DNA of 64,000 bases from a virus (Duplodnaviria > Caudoviricetes), in the IMG/VR virus record IMGVR_UViG_3300020050_006168, positions 17,976 to 81,975 of that record. One strand, given 5' to 3'. The translations under genes and the position numbers were made by a program. Below, in pieces: positions 26,719-35,549 of the stretch (position 1 is its first letter; every line of letters starts with the position of its first letter). Below the pieces are notes generated by a model that did no database searches, was not told where the DNA came from, and saw only the letters and a list, made by a program, of their open reading frames with translations.

Positions 26719-27102
26719 GTGACAAGAAAACAGAAACTACAAAAGAAAAACTGGGCAGCCAAGGGTAATGAACGACATTACGACTACCCGTACAAGAAAA
26801 TCTACGGTATTCTAGTAAGATCTGCAAAGAAACGTGGCATCCCATGTAACATTACATACAAACAGTATGTTAAGTTGACAGAAACTAAGAACTGCCATTA
26901 CTGTGGTGATGAATTGTTATGGGAAAAGCACGGAGAGTCGGCTTCACGTACTAATGTAGATAGAAAGAACAATAATTTAGGATACAGTGTAAAGAATTGT
27001 ATCCCAAGTTGTCCTAGATGTAATCAATCAAAGAACATTCACTTTACATATCCTGAATGGTATGCTATGACTGAAGTATTAAGGAATAAAAAAAATGAGT
27101 GA
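26719..27102 (+). CDS. HNH/His-Me endonuclease
   Basis: CHYCG...VDRKNNNLGYSVKNCIPSCPRCNQSK. Confidence 0.85.
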   Translation: MTRKQKLQKKNWAAKGNERHYDYPYKKIYGILVRSAKKRGIPCNITYKQYVKLTETKNCHYCGDELLWEKHGESASRTNVDRKNNNLGYSVKNCIPSCPRCNQSKNIHFTYPEWYAMTEVLRNKKNE

Positions 27103-27499
27103 GCCAAGAAAATATAGGGAGTTTTGGATTGCAGACACTACTCGCTATGGCCATGTGAGCGACAACTGGAGTCCCATTTGCGGAGAAGACCCAAAAGACA
27201 GCGTTGGATATGAAGGAAATACTTTGCACGTCGTCGAAATCTCAGCACTCCATGAAGCCGAGCAAAAGATTGATGAGCTTGAGATTCAAGTCCACGACTT
27301 AAAAAACACCAGTCCAGTAGAGGCTTTAAGGGCATTGCGTGAAGTTGATAAAATGAAATTAGATAGAGCCAATAAAATGCTTGAGTATCTGGCGCGGTCT
27401 TTAGAGGATACAAAACAATATGTAAATGAAAACACTGAGTACACAATTAACCAAGCTCTTAAATACTATGAAGAATGGAAATCAAATGGGAAAAATTAA
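27095..27499 (+). CDS. hypothetical protein (coiled coil)
   Basis: coupled ORF. Confidence 0.6.
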   Translation: MSEPRKYREFWIADTTRYGHVSDNWSPICGEDPKDSVGYEGNTLHVVEISALHEAEQKIDELEIQVHDLKNTSPVEALRALREVDKMKLDRANKMLEYLARSLEDTKQYVNENTEYTINQALKYYEEWKSNGKN

Positions 27500-27704
27500 A
27501 GAACATTTATTAACACTAGATGATTTACATGAACAAGCAGAGGGTGATCTTGAGCGAGTGCTATTTCATAATCAACAACTAAGAGATCGAATTAAAAGTT
27601 TAGAACTTGAGCTTGATGAATATAGAAACGCTGTTGGCTGGGCATTAAACCAGGAGACGCATTTGAATATGCGTAATTGTCTTTTAAAAGTTTGGAATAA
27701 ATGA
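27426..27704 (+). CDS. hypothetical coiled-coil protein (start probably internal, MGKIK)
   Basis: ORF track. Confidence 0.5.
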   Translation: MKTLSTQLTKLLNTMKNGNQMGKIKEHLLTLDDLHEQAEGDLERVLFHNQQLRDRIKSLELELDEYRNAVGWALNQETHLNMRNCLLKVWNK

Positions 27705-27864
27705 AAAGCATTAAAGGTAAGAACGTAATTATTATATCAGGAGACTACAAGGGAGCCAAAGGTTATGTGACAACAGACTTTGGTAATATAGTAATTGTTC
27801 AACCTAATGAACTTAATATAGATCGCAAGCCTTTCTTAAGGAAAGAAGTTAAAGTAATTAAACC

Positions 27865-27892
27865 TTGACAAATATAAATAATATGGTATAAG
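27865..27892 (+). promoter_or_regulatory. sigma70 promoter for the recombination operon
   Basis: TTGACA-16 nt-TATAAG with TG extension. Confidence 0.6.
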
Positions 27893-27907
27893 TATTAATG
27901 GAGGACC

Positions 27908-28987
27908 GTGGCAAATAAACTATCGCATTCAGCTATTGGTCGATACAAGATGTGCGGGGAGAACTATCGCCTACACTATCAGGAACGTATTAGACCTAAT
28001 GCCACGACAGGCCCATTAATATTTGGAGCTGCTCTTGATAACGCTCTTAACGTTCTATTAACAGATCCTAACGGATCAGCGGAGCAAGTCTTTGAACAAT
28101 ACTTTACAACACAAAAGATCAACGGTAAAGACATCCATCTTCCAACGTCTACACAAATTATATATCACAAAGCGGATTACGATGCAGATCTCATTACTGA
28201 GATTGATGTTAAGATCCTTGAAGACTATGCTAAGGAAAGCGGGCTACCCGGATATACAGATCACCTATCAGCTATCAAAGAAATAAGAAAGAAGAAACAA
28301 CTAACAGAACTAGAACAAAGCTATCTTAATTTTACTACATGGTTATGTATGTTTAATAAAGGTAAGCTAATGATTAAAGCTTACAAGGATAAGGTGCTAC
28401 CCCACTTAACCGTGGTTCATGAAGTACAGCGAGAATTCTCCTTGACAAATGGATCAGGAGATAGTATTATAGGTCTGGTCGATCTGATTGCTGATGTTGA
28501 AGGACACGGCACAGTTATCCTAGATAACAAGACAGCGGGTAGACCATACGATAGAGCTAGCGCTAAGAATAGCGAACAACTAGGACTTTACCTACATGTC
28601 TTAGAAGAAGAATATAAGACTCGTAAAGTAGGATACATTGTTCTATTAAAGAATGTAATTAAGAACAAGGTTAAGATTTGTACTAAGTGTGGATACAATG
28701 GATCTGATACTTCACATAGTACTTGTTCTAACATGATTGATGGTGAACGATGCCATGGTGAGTACCATGTAACTATGTCCCCTGAGATTGGCGTTCAGAT
28801 TATAGTAGATGATATGGCTGAAGATATTGAAGCCACGGTAATTGCGGAAGCAGATGTAGTAAACACAATGATTAATGATAAACAATTTAATAAAAATACA
28901 GAGTGTTGTGAGAAATGGTACGGCAGTCGGTGCCCGTACTTCGATCTATGTCACAATCAAAGCATGAAAGGCTTGGTTAAACTATGA
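27908..28987 (+). CDS. PD-(D/E)XK Cas4/RecB-like exonuclease
   Basis: LSHSAI...C; FGAALD; GLVDLI..ILDNKT; QLGLY; C-terminal C..C.YFDLC Fe-S type cysteines. Confidence 0.88.
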   Translation: MANKLSHSAIGRYKMCGENYRLHYQERIRPNATTGPLIFGAALDNALNVLLTDPNGSAEQVFEQYFTTQKINGKDIHLPTSTQIIYHKADYDADLITEIDVKILEDYAKESGLPGYTDHLSAIKEIRKKKQLTELEQSYLNFTTWLCMFNKGKLMIKAYKDKVLPHLTVVHEVQREFSLTNGSGDSIIGLVDLIADVEGHGTVILDNKTAGRPYDRASAKNSEQLGLYLHVLEEEYKTRKVGYIVLLKNVIKNKVKICTKCGYNGSDTSHSTCSNMIDGERCHGEYHVTMSPEIGVQIIVDDMAEDIEATVIAEADVVNTMINDKQFNKNTECCEKWYGSRCPYFDLCHNQSMKGLVKL

Positions 28988-29412
28988 GTATGTTCTTCGA
29001 TCTTAAAAAGAATAAAGGTAAGAATCGTAATAAGCCCAAGGAAGAGGTTGTTGAGTTATCCACAGCAGATCCTGAGATCCTTGCTGAAGAGGACGTGGCT
29101 GCCCTATTAGACAGTTTAAATGATGAACCAGAAGCAATGGTTATCTTACCAACAAGTTCAGCGCAAGCCCCGGTAGTTATTAAGTCTGAAGATGTAAAAA
29201 TTGTAGATTCGGGTAAGACATTTAAAGCCTATGGTCTTTGTCATAGTGATAAAGATAAAAAGGTTATGTTGATTTCTATTGACTATAATCCAGAAACAGG
29301 ATATAGTAAGGTCGTATCAGTTGAGCCATATACTGATAATGTACCAACAGCATTAAGTAAATTAAACAGAGTAATAAGTTTACGACTATTAAAAAAAGAA
29401 GAGGTATACTAG
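28984..29412 (+). CDS. hypothetical protein
   Basis: coupled ORF. Confidence 0.65.
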   Translation: MSMFFDLKKNKGKNRNKPKEEVVELSTADPEILAEEDVAALLDSLNDEPEAMVILPTSSAQAPVVIKSEDVKIVDSGKTFKAYGLCHSDKDKKVMLISIDYNPETGYSKVVSVEPYTDNVPTALSKLNRVISLRLLKKEEVY

Positions 29413-29954
29413 TGATTAAATCAGACAGCCTAGCTAAGTTAGCACCAGCACTATTGAAAGCACAGAAGTCAATGGGTGTTGCATTAAAAGATTCTAAGAA
29501 TCCATTCTTTAAATCTAAGTACGCAGATCTTAATTCTATTATTGATGCAGCTATCCCTGCCTTGAATGAACAAGGTATTGCTGTATTGCAATCACCATCA
29601 ATGGCATATAGTGATCATGGTAAAGTTGTTTCAACTATTGAAACAGTTTTATTACACGAGTCAGGTGAATACATTGCCGGTATTTCTGAAGTGGTAGCAG
29701 CTAAAGCTAATGATCCACAAGCCGCAGGATCAGCTACTACATACGCTAGACGTTATGGATTACAAGCTATGGTTACACTTAAAGCTGAAGACGATGATGG
29801 TGAAGCAGCAATGGGAAGAAAGTCTGATGGCCCTAAGCCTGCATACTTGGCTAAACCTGATGTTCCCGCTAAAGTATTCGGAGGTGAACCAGCACAAGCC
29901 AAAGCTACCTTTTCTAAAAAAGCTATTGTTAAACCAACAGAGGATGATATCTAA
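29412..29954 (+). CDS. erf: ERF-family ssDNA-annealing recombinase
   Basis: KDSKNPFFKSKYADL; HESGE; PQAAGSATTYARRYGL; EDDDG. Confidence 0.93.
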   Translation: MIKSDSLAKLAPALLKAQKSMGVALKDSKNPFFKSKYADLNSIIDAAIPALNEQGIAVLQSPSMAYSDHGKVVSTIETVLLHESGEYIAGISEVVAAKANDPQAAGSATTYARRYGLQAMVTLKAEDDDGEAAMGRKSDGPKPAYLAKPDVPAKVFGGEPAQAKATFSKKAIVKPTEDDI

Positions 29955-30358
29955 TGGAATTACCGGAAGAAACAATCAATGCTATTGAAGCTGGAATAGA
30001 ACCTAAACCAAAGTCTACAGATCCTATGGACAGTGATGAAGTAGCAATTGCCGCAGGTCACTACGGTAATATGTGTAAATCAATTAAAGGCTATGCCCGT
30101 GCCATGGGTGGCAAAGGTCTTGCCCGCGTAATGGTTGCTCTTGCTGAGTTTCCTTATGCGCAAGACTACCCTAAATTTAGATCAGATGCTGAGCAGAAGT
30201 TATTCACTTACATGCTTAGTATTCAATCAGCTAAAGCCGTCATTGCTGAGGCGCTTAAGCCAAGCATGGCGGCTCTCCAACAACAAGCAGAAGATGGTAT
30301 TGTAAAAGAAGAAATGACAAAACAACAAGGAGAATCGACAGATGGCAACGTGGACTAA
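29954..30358 (+). CDS. hypothetical protein
   Basis: gagga RBS. Confidence 0.65.
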   Translation: MELPEETINAIEAGIEPKPKSTDPMDSDEVAIAAGHYGNMCKSIKGYARAMGGKGLARVMVALAEFPYAQDYPKFRSDAEQKLFTYMLSIQSAKAVIAEALKPSMAALQQQAEDGIVKEEMTKQQGESTDGNVD

Positions 30359-30575
30359 AGTAGGAACTTTGCGTAAAAGCAAAGCCGGTGGTTTATATAT
30401 TAAAGTAGAAGGTGATGTATCTCTTAAAAAAGATTCGTCTCTATCACTACAGGACCCGCGAAAGAAGCTCGATGCTTCAGTAGCTGCTGGTCGTATGACG
30501 GCTGATGAAGCTGAAGGACGTAAAGCAAAAGTTCCTGAATATATCAAATACGAAATTTATTCAGTAGAAGATTAA
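30342..30575 (+). CDS. hypothetical protein (possible small SSB-like)
   Basis: KVGTLRKSKAGGLYIKV beta-rich start; follows ERF. Confidence 0.5.
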   Translation: MATWTKVGTLRKSKAGGLYIKVEGDVSLKKDSSLSLQDPRKKLDASVAAGRMTADEAEGRKAKVPEYIKYEIYSVED

Positions 30576-30581
30576 ATAATT

Positions 30582-30642
30582 GGGGAAGCTGTCTGGAAAC
30601 AGACCCTGGACTAGGATTGTCCAACTCATGCCTTCCCCTCCA
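30582..30642 (+). ncRNA. tRNA-like three-way-junction RNA lacking a T arm, ending U-CCA
   Basis: GGGGAAG/CTTCCCC 7-bp stem + TCCA; GTCTG-GAAA-CAGAC; TGGAC-7 nt-GTCCA. Confidence 0.55.
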
Positions 30643-30648
30643 AGCCGC

Positions 30649-30678
30649 GCCTCAGGGCTTTGTTCTGGGGCTTTTTCT
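30649..30678 (+). terminator. intrinsic terminator
   Basis: GCCTCAG/CTGGGGC stem followed by TTTTTCTT. Confidence 0.7.
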
Positions 30679-30694
30679 TAGAGGGAGAAATGAA

Positions 30695-32635
30695 ATGGCC
30701 GTTGAGTATGTTCGTTTATCTGAAGGTTTAAATTCATACGAGTTAGTTCCTTCAACTGATAATATCTTTAATCGTATTAAATCTTTTGAAAAAGATTATT
30801 ACGTATCTATTTTTAGATACAATGAAGAACAATTTAAATATTGGAAAGAAAATAAAACAGTAAGCGGTATTAAAGATGTTGTTACTAATAAACTATTTTT
30901 TGATTTCGATAATGAAAAGAACCCGGAAGCCGCTAGACAAGATGCTATCACTCTTGTATCTAGACTACTAAAGACTGGGATTCCTGAGAATACAATTCAA
31001 GTTGCCTTTAGTGGTAACAAAGGGTTTAGCGTTGAGGTTGCAACAACTGACGTTATGTCTCAAGAACAATTTAAGAATACAACATTTGCTTTAGCTTCTG
31101 ACTTAGAAACATTTGACACAGTGGTTAACGACCCTCAGCGAATTGTTCGTGTGGTAGGAACTAAGCACAACAAATCTAAATTATATAAATTACCAATGAC
31201 AGTAAGTCAATTATCTGAATTGGACATTCCAACAATTAAATCAATGGCATCAGACTTTAGTAATGTTGATGAGGATATTGTTAATAGCTGGAAAGAAGTA
31301 GAGCTTCCGTCATCAATTAAAGAGCTACAGTATACAAAGAAAGAAGAACCAGTTGAACCATCAGGTCAGACTGAAGAGGTCGATCTACGTCTTAAACCTA
31401 AGTGGATGACTGAAGCTAAGTTTGCTTTACAACAGGGTATGTTTAATGACGGTGAACGTAATGAAGCCTGTATGATTCTTGCATCTACGTATAAGAACCA
31501 GGGCTTCCCAAAAGAGATCACATACAGAATCCTAAAAGGAACTCTTGAACTAAGAGCTAACCGCTTAGGACATAAGGACTACGACAAGAAAGAATTATGG
31601 TCTACGGTAATTGAACTAGTGTATAGTCCTCATTGGAAAGGTGGAATGTATTCATATGAAACAACCCCACTATTACAAAAGGTAACTAAACGTCTAGGTC
31701 TTAAACCACCTAAGGACGAAGAACAACCATTAGTCACTCTAGATAAAGTAACAGATCTATTTAAACGGTTTGCTTTAGACATTGATAAGAATACAATTAA
31801 ACTTGGTATTCCAATGATTGACAATAATATTAAAGTAACCACGTCGATGCTCGTTGGTGTCCTTGCTGCACCTAGTGCGGGTAAGACCACGGTGAGTTTG
31901 AATATTCTTAATGCTGCATCCAAGTCTGGTATCAAGTCTGCGTTCTATTCTTTGGATATGGGTGCCCCACTTGTATACCAACGATTGATCCAGAGACATA
32001 CTGGATATCAAGGTAAGCACATCTTTGATCTATATAAAACCGGATCGGCTGACATTAAAAAGTTTGAACAAACATTAGAAACTGAATATGCTAATGTTAA
32101 ATTTTGTTTTAAGTCTGGTATTAGTGTTGAGGATATGCGAGAGTTTGTAATCAAAGAACAAGAGAAGTCTGGAGATAAGATCCGATTGCTTGTTGTAGAT
32201 TATCTTGAATGTATCCAAGGTACATTCTCTGACGCTACTGCTAATACAGCAATGATTGCGCAGAAGCTTAAGGATCTAGCCAATGAACTTGAGTTATGTA
32301 TCATTCTATTACTTCAGCCTCAGAAACACGCAGGAGACCCGTCCGCTGAGCTTTTAAGTTACAGACAGATCAAAGGTTCATCTGCTATTGAACAAGCAGC
32401 TAGTGTTATCTTTACCCTATGGAGACCAGGCTTCTCAGCTAAGAATCCTCAGGATGATAAGTTTATTACTTTTGCTGTAGTTAAGAATCGTATGGGATCA
32501 CTTGCTTCATTTGATTTCTCATGGGATGGGCTCACTGGTAATATTGATGAGCTTGGCGATGAAGAGGCCGAGGAGTTAGACAAACTTAGAAAAAGGAGAG
32601 CCCTTGAAAAAGCGCAAGCGGACGGCGGAATCTAA
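30695..32635 (+). CDS. primase (AEP/prim-pol)-DnaB-like helicase fusion
   Basis: LFFDFD; FSGNKGF; RIVRVVGTKH; GERNE; AAPSAGKTT; VVDYLE; KGSSAIEQ; KNRMG; gggag RBS favours ATG 30695. Confidence 0.9.
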   Translation: MAVEYVRLSEGLNSYELVPSTDNIFNRIKSFEKDYYVSIFRYNEEQFKYWKENKTVSGIKDVVTNKLFFDFDNEKNPEAARQDAITLVSRLLKTGIPENTIQVAFSGNKGFSVEVATTDVMSQEQFKNTTFALASDLETFDTVVNDPQRIVRVVGTKHNKSKLYKLPMTVSQLSELDIPTIKSMASDFSNVDEDIVNSWKEVELPSSIKELQYTKKEEPVEPSGQTEEVDLRLKPKWMTEAKFALQQGMFNDGERNEACMILASTYKNQGFPKEITYRILKGTLELRANRLGHKDYDKKELWSTVIELVYSPHWKGGMYSYETTPLLQKVTKRLGLKPPKDEEQPLVTLDKVTDLFKRFALDIDKNTIKLGIPMIDNNIKVTTSMLVGVLAAPSAGKTTVSLNILNAASKSGIKSAFYSLDMGAPLVYQRLIQRHTGYQGKHIFDLYKTGSADIKKFEQTLETEYANVKFCFKSGISVEDMREFVIKEQEKSGDKIRLLVVDYLECIQGTFSDATANTAMIAQKLKDLANELELCIILLLQPQKHAGDPSAELLSYRQIKGSSAIEQAASVIFTLWRPGFSAKNPQDDKFITFAVVKNRMGSLASFDFSWDGLTGNIDELGDEEAEELDKLRKRRALEKAQADGGI

Positions 32636-32900
32636 GCTATTAAAAACTTTTAAGAATAGATTTGTTACAATTAGTATTAAAGATGTAAAGATTCGTAGCG
32701 CAAGGGGCTCGTTATCTAATACGGCTTTTGTTGGTTATTTAGTTGACGAGGACAAAGAAAACCTGTATCTTAGTCAAGAAGAGGATGGCAAGATCTACGC
32801 TGCTATTCCTAAAGAACAAAACGCGGGCATCACTGCAACTGACGAGATTGCTTTTCTTATGGAAAACATTGATGTACCGGATGATCAAGGAATTCAATAA
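32604..32900 (+). CDS. hypothetical protein (possible Sm-like fold)
   Basis: aggag RBS before TTG; VGYLVDEDKENLYL. Confidence 0.5.
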   Translation: MKKRKRTAESKLLKTFKNRFVTISIKDVKIRSARGSLSNTAFVGYLVDEDKENLYLSQEEDGKIYAAIPKEQNAGITATDEIAFLMENIDVPDDQGIQ

Positions 32901-35368
32901 TGTCTTTTGTTGTAAATACAAATGAATCTTTTCAGGATGTGCTGTCTTGTTTACAGGACGGCATGAGCTTCAAACATTTAAAAGATAACGTATATAAGAT
33001 TGGCCAGACTGATCTTGAGTTTACAAAAGAATACAAAGATCAACTTGATCTACACGACATTATCAATGGTAAGAATAAAGAAAACAATATTGTAAACATA
33101 TCAGTTGATTCTGAATATAGTAAAGTATATGTATTCAAAGAAATTGATGGTAAGGTAACTCATGATGCGTTGCCTTATCGCCATTGGTTACTAGCTAAGA
33201 ATAAACCTAATGATTCATTTAAAGAACTAAGTGGCAGTCAGCCATTTAAATATTATAAAGATTACGATTCATTTGAATTTCTTACTGCGGTTAAAGCTAA
33301 GACCTATGGTCCTAATTATTTTACCATTCAACACCAAGCTGAAAACTTTATGATTAGAAATGGTCATACATATTATAAAGGAATGAAGAGTTCAGATGTA
33401 TCTATGCTATCATTTGACATTGAGACAACTGGACTAAGTGCTCATACATCATCATTACTTCTTATTACTAACTGTTTTAGGAAACAGGGTGAGTATACAA
33501 ATAAGACTTTTTCTATTGCAGATTACTTAGATGAAGCTGATATGATTGATGCTTGGGTGGGTTGGGTTAATCAAATGAATCCATCGATTTTAATTGGCCA
33601 TAACATTGTAATGTTTGATATTCCATTTATTGCAACTAGATATGAACTAACGACATCTGGAGAGAAGCTTAGACTTGGTAGATTAAACACCGAGCTTGAG
33701 ATTGAAAGCCGGGCTAGAGAGCTACGCAAAGATGGAAGCCAAACTTATACATACCATCGTATTAATTGTTTTGGTCGTGAGATTGTAGACACATTCTTTT
33801 TATCAATCAAAGCAGATATTGCCCGCAAGTATGAATCATATGGTCTTAAGTCCATAATCAAACAGGAGGGCCTAGAAGAAGAAGGACGCGAGTTCTACGA
33901 TGCTAGCAAAATTGGAGCTAACTGGCACATACCAGAAGAAAGAACTAAGATCATAGCTTACGCAGAAGCAGATAGCCGTGACCCGATTAAGCTGTTTGAT
34001 CTTATGTCGGCGCCATTCTTTTATCTTACTCCACACATTCCTAAGCCATTTCAAATCATGATTGAATCAGCAACAGGTTCACAGATCAACGCATTGATGG
34101 TTAGGTCATACCTACAAAAAGATATGAGCGTTGCCCAAGGTTCTGACTCAGTTGAGTTCGAGGGTGCCATATCATTTGGGAATACAGGAATCTATGACAA
34201 TGTATTTAAAGTTGACGTAAGCTCGCTATACCCTAGTGTAATGAGAGTATATAATATTTATCCTGAAGGTAAGGATTATAATAATCATTTCTTAAAGATG
34301 CTTGAATACTTTACCGTTGAACGATTAAAGAATAAGAAGCTTGCCAAAGATACCGGTGATAGATTTTATGATGACCTACAGAATGCACAAAAGGTTGTAA
34401 TCAATTCTGCCTATGGATTTATGGGAGCCAGAGGACTAAACTATAATCATCCTAAAGGCGCCGCTGACGTAACTCGATATGGAAGAGAAGTAGTTACTAA
34501 AGCCTGTGTCTGGGCAACAGGACATACATTAAAGAAAGCAGTTAAAAAGATTGTCAATGAAGGCAAAGAGAATGAAGAGATTGAATACCATTGGGTCATG
34601 GGAGATAAGGTTGCCGAAGGTAAAGGATACATTATATCCAACTGCGATACAGATTCCATTTCGTTCACTTGTGGTAAGGATCTTACTAAAGATGACCGGG
34701 CCAGCATCCTCACAGATCTTAACAGTAATTTCCCAAAGGGGATTAAGTTTGATGACGATGGTTACTATCCTCGCATTGTTATTCTTAAGGCTAAGAACTA
34801 CATTCTTTTTGATGGCACTAAGATTAAGCTTAAAGGTAGCTCCATTAAAGATCAAAAGAAAGAGCCAGCTTTAAAAGAGATGATGGATAAAATGATTCAT
34901 TGTCTTGTATTTAATACTGCAGATAATGTAGTTAACATTTATAAAGAATATATTAAAGAAGCGTATAAGCCAACAGACATTAAAAGATGGGCAGCCAAGA
35001 AGACAATTACAAAAGCCATCCTTAACTGCGCTAAAGACCCTGAGGCAAGACTTAATGAACGTAAGGTATACGAAGCTGTTAAAGCATTACCCGGCCTTCA
35101 GGAGGGTGATAAGGTTTATCTATATCCATGTATCGTATCTTCTAGTACAGAGACTACAACTCTTAAGAATGGCAAGATTAAAGAAAAGGTTAGTAAGGTT
35201 GTTGGCTTAAAAAATGTTTCTGATTGGACTCAAGATGAAGATAACAGTAAGCTAATAGAACGTGTTGTGGATACTGTTGATATATTTTCTAACATTATAG
35301 ATACAGATAGCTTTATTAATTATAGTCAGGCTAAAAATAAAAATAGCTTGACAGAACTAGTTTCTTAG
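32900..35368 (+). CDS. family B DNA polymerase with 3'-5' exonuclease
   Basis: ExoI FDIETTG; ExoII GHNIVMFD; motif A DVSSLYPS; motif B QKVVINSAYG; motif C CDTDS. Confidence 0.96.
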   Translation: MSFVVNTNESFQDVLSCLQDGMSFKHLKDNVYKIGQTDLEFTKEYKDQLDLHDIINGKNKENNIVNISVDSEYSKVYVFKEIDGKVTHDALPYRHWLLAKNKPNDSFKELSGSQPFKYYKDYDSFEFLTAVKAKTYGPNYFTIQHQAENFMIRNGHTYYKGMKSSDVSMLSFDIETTGLSAHTSSLLLITNCFRKQGEYTNKTFSIADYLDEADMIDAWVGWVNQMNPSILIGHNIVMFDIPFIATRYELTTSGEKLRLGRLNTELEIESRARELRKDGSQTYTYHRINCFGREIVDTFFLSIKADIARKYESYGLKSIIKQEGLEEEGREFYDASKIGANWHIPEERTKIIAYAEADSRDPIKLFDLMSAPFFYLTPHIPKPFQIMIESATGSQINALMVRSYLQKDMSVAQGSDSVEFEGAISFGNTGIYDNVFKVDVSSLYPSVMRVYNIYPEGKDYNNHFLKMLEYFTVERLKNKKLAKDTGDRFYDDLQNAQKVVINSAYGFMGARGLNYNHPKGAADVTRYGREVVTKACVWATGHTLKKAVKKIVNEGKENEEIEYHWVMGDKVAEGKGYIISNCDTDSISFTCGKDLTKDDRASILTDLNSNFPKGIKFDDDGYYPRIVILKAKNYILFDGTKIKLKGSSIKDQKKEPALKEMMDKMIHCLVFNTADNVVNIYKEYIKEAYKPTDIKRWAAKKTITKAILNCAKDPEARLNERKVYEAVKALPGLQEGDKVYLYPCIVSSSTETTTLKNGKIKEKVSKVVGLKNVSDWTQDEDNSKLIERVVDTVDIFSNIIDTDSFINYSQAKNKNSLTELVS

Positions 35369-35376
35369 TATAAAAC
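35348..35376 (+). promoter_or_regulatory. possible sigma70 promoter
   Basis: TTGACA then TATAAA/TAAAAC at 15-17 nt; ggagg RBS downstream. Confidence 0.4.
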
Positions 35377-35549
35377 AAAAGGTGGAGGCATAATGTCTTA
35401 TTATCAATTCTGTAAAATTTTACGTGACAATGGCTGGCAATCTATTAAATTATATAATAGCAATGAGACCTGGCATAAAGATGGTAACACAAAACAAATT
35501 AGTGTTACTGATGTTATGTCTAAAAGTCTATTAGAAGGCTTTGTTAATT

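Noticed and set aside
27908-28987. Cas4-like gene as part of a CRISPR system
   Set aside because: No repeat-spacer array or other cas genes; sits with ERF as a recombination exonuclease
30582-30678. c-di-GMP-I or T-box riboswitch
   Set aside because: Lacks the GACGCAAAGC core and the UGGN T-box bulge
30617-30694. N-terminal extension of the primase-helicase ORF
   Set aside because: Overlaps the tRNA-like element and terminator; the RBS supports ATG 30695
34500-34660. About 30-aa insertion between PolB motifs B and C as an intein
   Set aside because: Too short; no C/S start or HN end motifs
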